From an uncultured delta proteobacterium (GTDB lineage Bacteria; Myxococcota_A; UBA9160; UBA4427): a DNA stretch of 64,000 nucleotides. The stretch is taken from NCBI GenBank assembly GCA_963822965.1, contig CAWGJT010000010.1, positions 864,001-928,000 of the forward strand, given 5' to 3'. Shown piece by piece: positions 28,652 to 36,661 of the stretch (position 1 is its first letter; every line of letters begins with the position of its first letter). The position numbers and the translations under genes were made by a program. The notes below the pieces were generated by a model, which was not told where the DNA came from, did not search any database, and was given only the letters and a program-made list of their open reading frames with translations.

Positions 28652-30171
28652 GGAGCCCCCGGTCCGCGCAGGACCTCGAAGCGTTCGCCGCCTTCGCGAA
28701 GCGCCACGATCAGGCCGCGGGGGCCCACCAGGTAGCCGTTCTCGGGGTCGGCCATGGCGACGTCATAGAACGGCAGCCGCAGGCCGGGCACGGAGCGTTG
28801 GGTGAAGGTGCGGCCGGCGTCGTTCGAGACGGCCACCACACCGCGCTCGCCGGCCACGACCACGCGCTGGCCGGCGCCGCCCACGCCGTAGAGATCCGCG
28901 TCGAGATCGGTAGCGACGGGCGCCCAGGTGGCGCCCCCGTCCTCGCTTCGCATCACCGTGCCCGAGAGGCCGACCGCGATGCCGACCCGGCCGCTGTCGT
29001 CGAACCAGAGGTCGAAGAGGTAGATGTCATCGGGAACCCCGGACAGGGTTCCACGCCGGCCGGGCAGGTGGCCCCCGGGCAGGCGTTCGAGGGTGCCGAA
29101 CTCGCCCACCAGCGCACGATCGGGCCCGGCCGGCACGATCCGTCCGAGAATGATGTCCTCGTCCCGCGGCACGCAGCGCCAGCGTCCGGCCGCCGCGTCG
29201 CGCACCAGCTGCAGACCGAAGTCGCCCACCACGAGCGCCTCGCCGGGGCCGCCCGCCGAGACACCGAAGAGGTGGCGGTCGAAGGGGGTCGGCCGGCGCT
29301 CGAAGCGCTCGCCCCCGTCGGTCGAGTAGAGCACCGTTCCGTTGCGGCCCACGGCCCAGAGCTCCTGGCCCGGCCCGAAGGCCGCCGCGTAGAGCGGCTC
29401 GTCGGTGCCCGTGGCGGGGATGCGGAACGTGGCGCCGGCGTCCTCCGAGAGGACGATGGTGCCGAAGTACCCGGTCGCGATCACCCGGGGACCCCGGGCG
29501 ACCACGGTATAGAGATCTGCGCGCTCGTGCAGCCCGTAGCGGTCGGCCATGGTGCCGTCGGTGTGGCTCAGCAGGTCGGCGCCCCGGTCGGGTCGGGTGC
29601 GCTCGGCGATCTCGTGCACGAGGGCGTCGTCCCCCGCGGCCGCCGCGCCGCAGCGCATCTTCTCCGACAGCAGGTCCTGGGCCAGGATCGAGTACGGGTT
29701 CGCCAGGTCTTCCATCACGTCGAAGAGGACGCCCGCGACGCCGCGGACCGCCGCCGGGCTGCCGCTCGAAGACGCCGCCCCCGCGATGTCCTGGGTGATG
29801 TTGCGCCCCAGCGCTCCGAGCGTCCCGGTCTGCTTCGAGAGCCCCAGGATGACCAGGCGCACGGCCGCCTCGGCGTCGGGCGTGATCTCGCCGGCGGCCA
29901 GCTGGTCGAGGAGTGTCTGGAGCACCGCGGAGTCGACGCCGGCAACCACGCGTCCGCCGGGGCGGGGGCCGTACTGGATCAGCCCCGGATAGGCGCGCTC
30001 GACGGCCTCCGACTCGCCGGGCAGGATGCCGGCCGACGGATCCGGGCTCTGGGCCCGGGCGGCGTCCGGCCCGAAGGCGAGGAGCTGGAGCAGCAGGGAG
30101 AGAACGAGCAGCAGCCCCCGCCCGAGCGGGACCCGTGCCAGGATCCCTGCTGCGGGGTGCGGCCTGCACAT
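28648..30171 (-). CDS. YCF48/BNR-repeat beta-propeller protein with N-terminal extension
   Basis: Repeats SEDAGATF, STDGGERF, SEDGGATW, SNDAGRTF; signal peptide; stop overlaps the MMPL start. Confidence 0.85.
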   Translation of the reverse strand: MCRPHPAAGILARVPLGRGLLLVLSLLLQLLAFGPDAARAQSPDPSAGILPGESEAVERAYPGLIQYGPRPGGRVVAGVDSAVLQTLLDQLAAGEITPDAEAAVRLVILGLSKQTGTLGALGRNITQDIAGAASSSGSPAAVRGVAGVLFDVMEDLANPYSILAQDLLSEKMRCGAAAAGDDALVHEIAERTRPDRGADLLSHTDGTMADRYGLHERADLYTVVARGPRVIATGYFGTIVLSEDAGATFRIPATGTDEPLYAAAFGPGQELWAVGRNGTVLYSTDGGERFERRPTPFDRHLFGVSAGGPGEALVVGDFGLQLVRDAAAGRWRCVPRDEDIILGRIVPAGPDRALVGEFGTLERLPGGHLPGRRGTLSGVPDDIYLFDLWFDDSGRVGIAVGLSGTVMRSEDGGATWAPVATDLDADLYGVGGAGQRVVVAGERGVVAVSNDAGRTFTQRSVPGLRLPFYDVAMADPENGYLVGPRGLIVALREGGERFEVLRGPGAP

Positions 30172-30265
30172 ACCCGGCCGACGCTAGCTCGGCGCCGAGG
30201 GGCGGGCGAGTCGGGGGTAGACTGCAGCCGGACGACGCGACGAGCCACCCTGGAGGGCACCCGAC

Positions 30266-30652
30266 ATGATCTCGATCGACGACCGCATGGCCATTCTCGA
30301 TCTCTGCGCGGCCTACAACTACTACATCGACACCGGGGAGTCGGAGAAGTGGGCGGACACGTTCACCGCGGACGGTCTCTTCGAAGGCACGGTGGGCAAG
30401 GCGCAGGGCCGCGCCGCGCTCGTGGCGTTCAGCGACGGCTTCGGCCGGGACTACCCCGGCTCGATGCACTTCACCGACAACCACCTCTTCGAGCCCGACG
30501 GCGACGTCATGCGGCACAAGTGCTTCCTGAGCTTCCAGGTGCCGGCCGACGGGGGCACGAACGTGGTGCTCGCCGGCTACGACGACGAGCTCGTGCGCGT
30601 CGACGGCGCCTGGCGGTTCCGCTCGCGACGGGTCGGCGCGCTGCGCAAGTGA
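30266..30652 (+). CDS. SnoaL-like / NTF2-family protein
   Basis: DRMAILDLCAAYNYYID, FTADG, YDDELVRVDGAWRF. Confidence 0.88.
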   Translation: MISIDDRMAILDLCAAYNYYIDTGESEKWADTFTADGLFEGTVGKAQGRAALVAFSDGFGRDYPGSMHFTDNHLFEPDGDVMRHKCFLSFQVPADGGTNVVLAGYDDELVRVDGAWRFRSRRVGALRK

Positions 30653-30898
30653 AGAGCCGAGAGCCGGCGGGCATGGCCAGGCGCGACGCCGCATCCGGAG
30701 AGCGCAAGCGCGGGAGACCGCTGTCTGCGGATGCTGCGAACGGCTGGAGCGGGGGGGCTCGATCTCGATGCGGTCCGTAGCGCGTTCGCGACTGCGAGAG
30801 TACGGACCGAACGACGGCCTCACGCTCGTGACGGATCCCGTCCTGCCGGGCACACGCACGATCGTGGTGCCGCGTGCGTTCGTCGTGCGGGGGGCTGC

Positions 30899-30963
30899 TT
30901 GACAGTGAAATGGCAGTTCGGTAGATCTTTCGCGCATTCTAATGTTTTAGAATCTGGATTCTA
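30899..30963 (+). promoter_or_regulatory. Promoter with overlapping palindromes (probable TetR operator)
   Basis: TTGACA at 30899-30904; ATTCTAA-tgtt-TTAGAAT at 30936-30953 and TAGAAT-ctgg-ATTCTA at 30948-30963. Confidence 0.65.
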
Positions 30964-31634
30964 TGACACGCGCCGGCCGACCCGACCGCAGAAAAGAGAG
31001 CGGAAGCCACGAGACGCCCCTCCAGCGGCGCGTGAGGGAGGAGCGCGAGACCGTCTATCGGCAGGCGATCAGCGAGGCAGCCGAGCGGATCTTCGCGGAG
31101 AAAGGGACGGAGGGGTCCCGCATGAACGAGATCGCGGCGGAGGCCGGGATCTCCCTGGGCACCCTCTATGGCGTCATCGACGGAAAGGCGTCCCTCCTTC
31201 TCGGGATCCACAAGAGAAGGATGCAGGAGTTCATGGACTGCATTCGCGATGCGAGTGCCGCACACGAAGGGACGCTCGCAAGGCACCTCGCGGTCGTGCG
31301 CCTTGGCGCACAGTACTTCCTCGATCGCCCCGACTTCCTGCGCATGTGTTGCCAAGCGGGCTTCGGCTGGGCATCCCGCTTCCCGGTCCCCGGCCCTGCG
31401 GCGGACCTCTGGGACGAGGGCGCTTCGGTCCCCCGAGAGCTCTTCGCCCGCGGAGTCGCTGAAGGAATCTACGTCGACGAGGACCCCGACCTGCTGGTCC
31501 GCAAGATGCTTGCCCTCAAGCAGGTGGAGCTCACCCACTGGCTCGATCACGGGATGACGATCCCGCACGAAGAGCTTCTCGACCGCCTCGAGAGTCAGTT
31601 CGTCCGCGCGTTCTGCGTTCCCGGCCCAGGGTAG
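30963..31634 (+). CDS. TetR/AcrR family regulator
   Basis: AAERIFAEKG...IAAEAGISLGTLY HTH. Confidence 0.92.
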   Translation: MTRAGRPDRRKESGSHETPLQRRVREERETVYRQAISEAAERIFAEKGTEGSRMNEIAAEAGISLGTLYGVIDGKASLLLGIHKRRMQEFMDCIRDASAAHEGTLARHLAVVRLGAQYFLDRPDFLRMCCQAGFGWASRFPVPGPAADLWDEGASVPRELFARGVAEGIYVDEDPDLLVRKMLALKQVELTHWLDHGMTIPHEELLDRLESQFVRAFCVPGPG

Positions 31635-31671
31635 GGCCGGAGCACCCGGTCGCCCTCCTGGAGCCGTCGAA

Positions 31672-32565
31672 ATGTCCAACAGCAATCCCGAGATCCCCGC
31701 GCGAAAGGTCTTTCTCTCGCGGAAGACCTCTTTCCCGATCTTCAGCCGCGACGTAGGAGACAGCTGGCTGCAGCTTCTGAACCTGGCATTGCGCATTGGC
31801 AGCGACAAGCAGACCGACGCCGGGCCCGTGGCCGAAGCGCTGAATGCGATGGTGACGATCGGGCTCCCGGTAATCGCCGAAGACCTCGAGGTCGAGGTCA
31901 CACCGCCCGAGGACTTCCCTGCGTGCCTCGTGTTCGACCGCGACGACTTCGAGCGTCACTACGAGCGGCTGCAGGCCCCCTCGTTGGATCGTCTTCGGAA
32001 GGCGATCGAAGCGAGCGGGATGGTGGTGCTCGATCCCGTCGAGCTGCGGAAGCTCGACGTCGCGCCGAATCTCGTATCCGCGATCTTCGACGTCGTGGAA
32101 GGGAAGCTCTACGGCTCCTTCGTGCTCGGTTGCGTGGAGCTCTTCCGCGACTGGCCGATCGAAGCCCTGGCTCTCGTTCGCGTGCAGCGCGAGCTCGCTG
32201 CGGAGCTCGGGATCGAGTCTGACGCCGCGACCTTCGTGATTCACTCCGCCCAGCTCCTTGCGAGCGACTGGGAGCGGGCGCAGCAGGTGCTCGACGAGTC
32301 GTTCGAACGGCCACTTCCTCTGCAGGTCGACCACTCGGGCGTGTTCTTGTTCGGGAGCGACAACGGCAAGGCCAGGGCGATGCTGCTCGATCACGACGCG
32401 GGGAGCATCTTCTGGGAAGATGCCTTCGACGATGCCCAGAAGCTCTCGTGGTACATCGTCGACGCGATGCCGTGGCTGTTGCCTCAGCACATCCGCTACG
32501 TCGGGCAGGAGTGCGCGACGTTGATGCGGGCGATGCAGGACAAGGAATGTTACCTGCAGGGCTGA
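31672..32565 (+). CDS. Thymidylate-synthase-fold protein lacking catalytic residues, with C-terminal DUF4346-like domain
   Basis: SWLQLL..ALRIG, APNL (for PCL), GCVELFRDWPIE (for RSND..aWPaN), SAQLL (for SAHIY), DHSGVF and HIRYVGQE...YLQG (DUF4346-like). Recognised by eye. Confidence 0.65.
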   Translation: MSNSNPEIPARKVFLSRKTSFPIFSRDVGDSWLQLLNLALRIGSDKQTDAGPVAEALNAMVTIGLPVIAEDLEVEVTPPEDFPACLVFDRDDFERHYERLQAPSLDRLRKAIEASGMVVLDPVELRKLDVAPNLVSAIFDVVEGKLYGSFVLGCVELFRDWPIEALALVRVQRELAAELGIESDAATFVIHSAQLLASDWERAQQVLDESFERPLPLQVDHSGVFLFGSDNGKARAMLLDHDAGSIFWEDAFDDAQKLSWYIVDAMPWLLPQHIRYVGQECATLMRAMQDKECYLQG

Positions 32566-32596
32566 TGGGGCGTTTTCGGCAGGCGTCGGAGGGATC

Positions 32597-33955
32597 ATGA
32601 GCAAGTTGCTTTGGGAAGCCATACACCGCGCGAGCACCGGCCAGATCATGTCGGAGGAGAAGTTCGAGACCGAGTTCTTCCCGACCGTCCTCGAGGAGAT
32701 TCGGGCGAGGCACCAGATCGAGTGCAATCCCGAGGAGCCGGTCATGATCGATCCGGACGTCGCAGACGCCGTGTTCCAGGCCGGGCTCGAGTACCTGATC
32801 GAGGTCGGCCTCTACTGCAAGGACACGAAGCGCATCGTTCGCTTCACCGAGGAAGAGATTCGTGAGGCGATCGCCACCGCGCGGCGCACGATCAGACTCG
32901 GGTCGGGCCGCGACGAGATCACCCTCTCTCCCCGTGCGCCCGGCGACGAGCGACATCCCTTCACGTGGTTTCCCGCCGGTGCGCTCACGAAGAACGTCGA
33001 GCTCTACAAGTACCACGCCATGGCCGCAATGCAGGAGCCGACCTGCGACGGCGTGATCCCGATTCCGCTACTCGGAGTCGGTGAGCTGAAGAACATTCTC
33101 GACACGCCGGCGCAAACCGTCGTCTGCCAGACCGAAGCGCGGCTCATGAACGAGGCTGCGTCCAGGTCCGGCAGGCCGGGCCTCTTCTTCGGAATCCCGA
33201 TGAGCGCCATGACGCCTCTGGCGATCATGAGCACCTTCGGGCCGGGCATGTATACGAAGGAGAACTGCACGCTTCCGGTCCAGATCCTCCAGGACATGCG
33301 GATCAACTACGACCGCTTCAATCTCACCTTTTTCGCCCAGCAGCACGGGATCGAGCCCTGGATGAGCTGCTCGCCTGCCCTCTACGGCTACATCACGGGG
33401 CCCGAACAGGGTGCAATCGAGATCATCGCCCACACCCTGGGAATGCTCGCCTACTCCGGGGGCGCGCTCACGCAGGCGATGTGTATGTCCATCCACGGGA
33501 CCTACATCGGCAACGACATCAGCTGGTGCAACTCGGCCGCGGCACTCGCGGCCGAGCGCAACCTCGGCCTTCCCTGGGTGACCTTCGGAAGCACAGGGAA
33601 TCCGGCTTCCGCCTTCTCGGACGAGGCGTGGTACGAGACGGCACTCGCCTGCATCAACGCCTGCATCTCCGGTATCGAGGCGCTGTGGCTCGCGGGTGGC
33701 TCGACTGGAATCGAATGCCGCTGGGCCGGAGAGGTCGCACGAGCGGCCGCGCATCTGACGCCGGACGAGGGCGCGGCGATCATCAAGGAGATTCGGTCCA
33801 TCGAGTACGCGCCGACGCCACCGCCGCAGCCGCTCGAGAAGCTCTACGACATGACGACGCTCCAGCCCAAGCAGGAGCTCATCGATCAGTACCGCAAGTT
33901 CACGCGGATCTTCCGGGGCTTCGGACTCGACTATCCGAGCTGGCGCGAGGCATAG
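32597..33955 (+). CDS. MtmB-family (monomethylamine:corrinoid methyltransferase-like) protein without pyrrolysine
   Basis: FQAGLEYLIEVGLYCKDTKRIVRFTEEEI, LGSGRD, TEARL...GRPG, TGIECRWAGEVARAAA, LYDMTTLQP follow MtmB; no internal TAG. Confidence 0.88.
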   Translation: MSKLLWEAIHRASTGQIMSEEKFETEFFPTVLEEIRARHQIECNPEEPVMIDPDVADAVFQAGLEYLIEVGLYCKDTKRIVRFTEEEIREAIATARRTIRLGSGRDEITLSPRAPGDERHPFTWFPAGALTKNVELYKYHAMAAMQEPTCDGVIPIPLLGVGELKNILDTPAQTVVCQTEARLMNEAASRSGRPGLFFGIPMSAMTPLAIMSTFGPGMYTKENCTLPVQILQDMRINYDRFNLTFFAQQHGIEPWMSCSPALYGYITGPEQGAIEIIAHTLGMLAYSGGALTQAMCMSIHGTYIGNDISWCNSAAALAAERNLGLPWVTFGSTGNPASAFSDEAWYETALACINACISGIEALWLAGGSTGIECRWAGEVARAAAHLTPDEGAAIIKEIRSIEYAPTPPPQPLEKLYDMTTLQPKQELIDQYRKFTRIFRGFGLDYPSWREA

Positions 33956-33973
33956 GAGCAGGAGAGGAGCAGC

Positions 33974-34615
33974 ATGGCGACCATTGAAGATTTGCGACGG
34001 AAGGTGAGCGAGACACAGCCGGAGCCGGCGGCCGCTATGACCCGCGAGCTCCTGGCAGCGGGCTTCGACCCGATGCGGCTCCTCGAAGAGGGGGTGATGA
34101 GCGGGCTCAACGACGTAGGGATTCGCTTCGCAGCCAAGAAGGCGATCGTGCTCGATCTCGTTCGGGCTGGGGTCACTGCGAAGACCTGCATCCCACTGAT
34201 CGAGGAAGCGTTGCCGCGCGGTGAGGCTCCGAAGAACCAGAAGAAGGTCGTCATCGGCACCCTTCTCAGTCAGCACAACATCGGGAAGAACCTCGTCGCC
34301 ACGCTGCTCTCGATCGGCGGCTTCGACGTGGTCGACATGGGCGAGAAGAACACGCCCTGGGATTTCTACGAGACGGCCGAGAAGAGCGGCGCCGACATGA
34401 TCGCGGTGTCCGTCGTGTTTGCGCCGGCGCTCGAGAAGTTCTCCGAGCTGTTGAGCCTCCTCGAGGAGATGGGCGTTCGTGAGAAGTTGCCCGTGATCGT
34501 CGGCGGTGGCGTCACCACGAAGAAGTGGGCCGACGAGCAAGGTGCCGACGGCTGGGGAGCGCAAGCGAAGGACGGCGTGGACCTGGCCCGGAGCATCCTG
34601 GGGGTCGCTTCCTGA
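33974..34615 (+). CDS. Corrinoid (B12-binding) methyltransferase protein, MtmC/MttC-like
   Basis: Helical cap (GVMSGLNDVG), VVIGT..SQHNIGKNLV, GFDVVDMG, VIVGGG, GADGW. Confidence 0.9.
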   Translation: MATIEDLRRKVSETQPEPAAAMTRELLAAGFDPMRLLEEGVMSGLNDVGIRFAAKKAIVLDLVRAGVTAKTCIPLIEEALPRGEAPKNQKKVVIGTLLSQHNIGKNLVATLLSIGGFDVVDMGEKNTPWDFYETAEKSGADMIAVSVVFAPALEKFSELLSLLEEMGVREKLPVIVGGGVTTKKWADEQGADGWGAQAKDGVDLARSILGVAS

Positions 34616-34619
34616 TCGT

Positions 34620-35536
34620 GCGCCCGGGGTCGGTCGGGCATCGACCTCGACCGCGCCTGCCCACGAGACCGCCGAGTCGTCGTCGTGTGGCTGTGACCGA
34701 CCGACACCGAGCCGGCGAGCCGAAAATGACTCGGCTCGATGCTTCGATCCGGACACGGCGGCTCTGGGAGGCCCGGCTGGGCCCGAATGCACTGGAAGCC
34801 CACGCTCAGGGCGGGCGTGCAGGTGCGGGTGGCGACTGCGATGCACTCCGAGGACCGGCGCCACGCTGAAGGAGGTGTTGGAGCGGCGAACGGAGCGCCA
34901 GTCGGCGGGGCGCTCGCCGGTTTGCGCGTCGATCCATCCGACCGGGTCACAAGCGTCGCCGTGGCCGTCGCGATCACGGTCTGCCTGGCCGGGATTCGGG
35001 ACCGCCGGGCAGTTGTCGCATGCGTCGCTCACGTCGTCGCCGTCCGCGTCTGGCTGCCCAGGGATTGCGCAGGCGAGCCGTGGGTCGGGGGGTGCCAGGG
35101 CGTTGAAGACCAGCAGCGCGCCGGGTGGATCGAGGTGCTCTTCGATGCTTCCCGACAGCGGTCGCAGGTCGACGACGCCCGTGCCCGGCAGGGTGCGCAG
35201 TGCCTCGCCTACGGAGAGCTGTGCGCGCTGATCCTCCTGCACGACCGCGAACGTGCCCGCGACGCGATCGAAGACGAGCCAATCCTCGCCTCTGTGCGGA
35301 ACCGTCTGGAATCCCGCAGCGAGCCGAAGCCCGCTGAGCGTCTCGCCATTCGGCAGGGTGACGAGCGTCGGCAGCAGGTAGTGGTCCACGTTGCTTCCGC
35401 GCACGACGACTGCCAGGCCCGGCCAAGGCGAGGCAAGCGCCGCGGTCGAGAGCCCGCACCCGACGAGCATGACGAGGCCCATCCAGATGATGCGCGGGCC
35501 CAAGCGCGCGCGTTCTCGCCCGGGCGAACGGCTCAC
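34620..35536 (-). CDS. Secreted protein with thrombospondin type-3 repeat (3' end unresolved, probably frameshifted)
   Basis: Signal peptide ending ALA; DADGDDVSDACDNCPAVPNPGQADRDRDGHGDACD; the ORF then runs on antisense to the corrinoid gene. Confidence 0.55.
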
Positions 35537-35889
35537 GGGCTCTTGTTGGTGCTCTCGGTCTCGAGCTTTCGCTCGTGATCGGAGATGATGATCTTGTAGA
35601 AGTCGAAGCTTACCAGCAGTTCCGTGCTCGCCCCGGGGCCGGTGGCCGGGTCGGTTGCGGCGCCGGCCGTCGTCATCGACGCGATGCGCGCGTCCTCGAG
35701 GCTGATCGTGATGACGTTGACGATCGCGGTGTGCGCGAGATTGTCACCGAAGAAGTGAATGGAGGCGTTCAGCGCGGTGCCGTTGAACGCCGCGCTGTAG
35801 AGCATCACGGGCGCACACTCCGCGTCGAGACGAACCGTGACCGGGTGGTGGATCAACGTCGTGCCGCCGCTGTCGGAGCTCGCCGACAT
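35533..35889 (-). CDS. Hcp/TssD-like tube protein fragment (N-terminus disrupted)
   Basis: HHPVTVRLD...P..LY.AAFNG, ITISLEDARIASM, ELLVSFDFYKIIISD resemble the Hcp C-terminal two-thirds. Confidence 0.5.
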   Translation of the reverse strand: MSASSDSGGTTLIHHPVTVRLDAECAPVMLYSAAFNGTALNASIHFFGDNLAHTAIVNVITISLEDARIASMTTAGAATDPATGPGASTELLVSFDFYKIIISDHERKLETESTNKSP

Positions 35890-36661
35890 CGCGAGGCGGA
35901 TCGAGACCCGGCGCGGGCACCGAAACCGCGCCGAGTAGCTCACCGGAGTTCGATGGCCCGGCGAGAGGCGAATCGCCGCAAGGGCGAAACGATGTGGGAC
36001 AGCATGCCACTCCGGGTCCTCGACGACGATGGAGCGGGGCAACCCCGGACCGAGGAGCCCAGTCAGAGCTTCAGCGACGAAGGGCTCGTCGGTGACGGCG
36101 TCCGGGCTCGAGAGGAGGAGTGCCGCCTCGAGGCGGTAGCGACCTCATCCCCACCGACGCCGCGATCCGCGCGAGCGCAGCAACCTTGATCCAGTACGGC
36201 GCAGTCCAGGCGGCAGGCGGTCCAGGGCGAATGGTCGCTGCGCTGTCGACCGGACTCCGGACGCAGAGCACGAGGCCCGGCATCGCACAAGGCGTCCTCC
36301 GGAGATCTTCTGGCCATCGCGCCACCGGATGATCGCACCGTACCGGCAACCGGCGTACCAGGAAGGCGACCCTCGGCCTCCGCACTTGGCGGACAGTCCA
36401 CTGGGGCTGACGATGACCTGGGCGGCGAACGACGGAACCGCGGCGCTGGTCCCGGTCATTGACTGGGGCGATCGTGTCGCGTTGGATGTCGCTGTTGCGA
36501 GATTGCAGGAGTCGTCAGCGGTCCTGGCGCCGGTCGAGCTGATCTGGACACGCGCAATTTCGCGGATCGACAGGGAAGCGCGACGGCGGGGCACGGTCTT
36601 TGATTGCCGACGGCTCGTCGGTACTACAATGGCGGCGTTCGGTCGGTAGAGGTGGTCCACA

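Noticed and set aside
33953..33976. The TAG stop of the MtmB-like gene is in frame with the corrinoid gene ATG (six sense codons between), suggesting an amber read-through fusion.
   Set aside because: The TAG is at the normal MtmB C-terminus, not the Pyl site; the spacer is a strong RBS (AGGAGAGGAG); in-frame spacing has a 1-in-3 chance; no pyl genes are in the window.
35965..36050. Loose resemblance to a c-di-GMP-I (GEMM) riboswitch (GNRA-capped stem, AGCGGGG).
   Set aside because: The conserved GACGCAAA junction is absent, there is no clear downstream gene on that strand, and the region is better explained as the antisense of the disrupted Hcp-like 5' end.
36100..36650. Short ORFs 36120..36332 and 36329..36649.
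   Set aside because: No recognisable motifs or clear RBS; probably decayed sequence, so not reported as genes.
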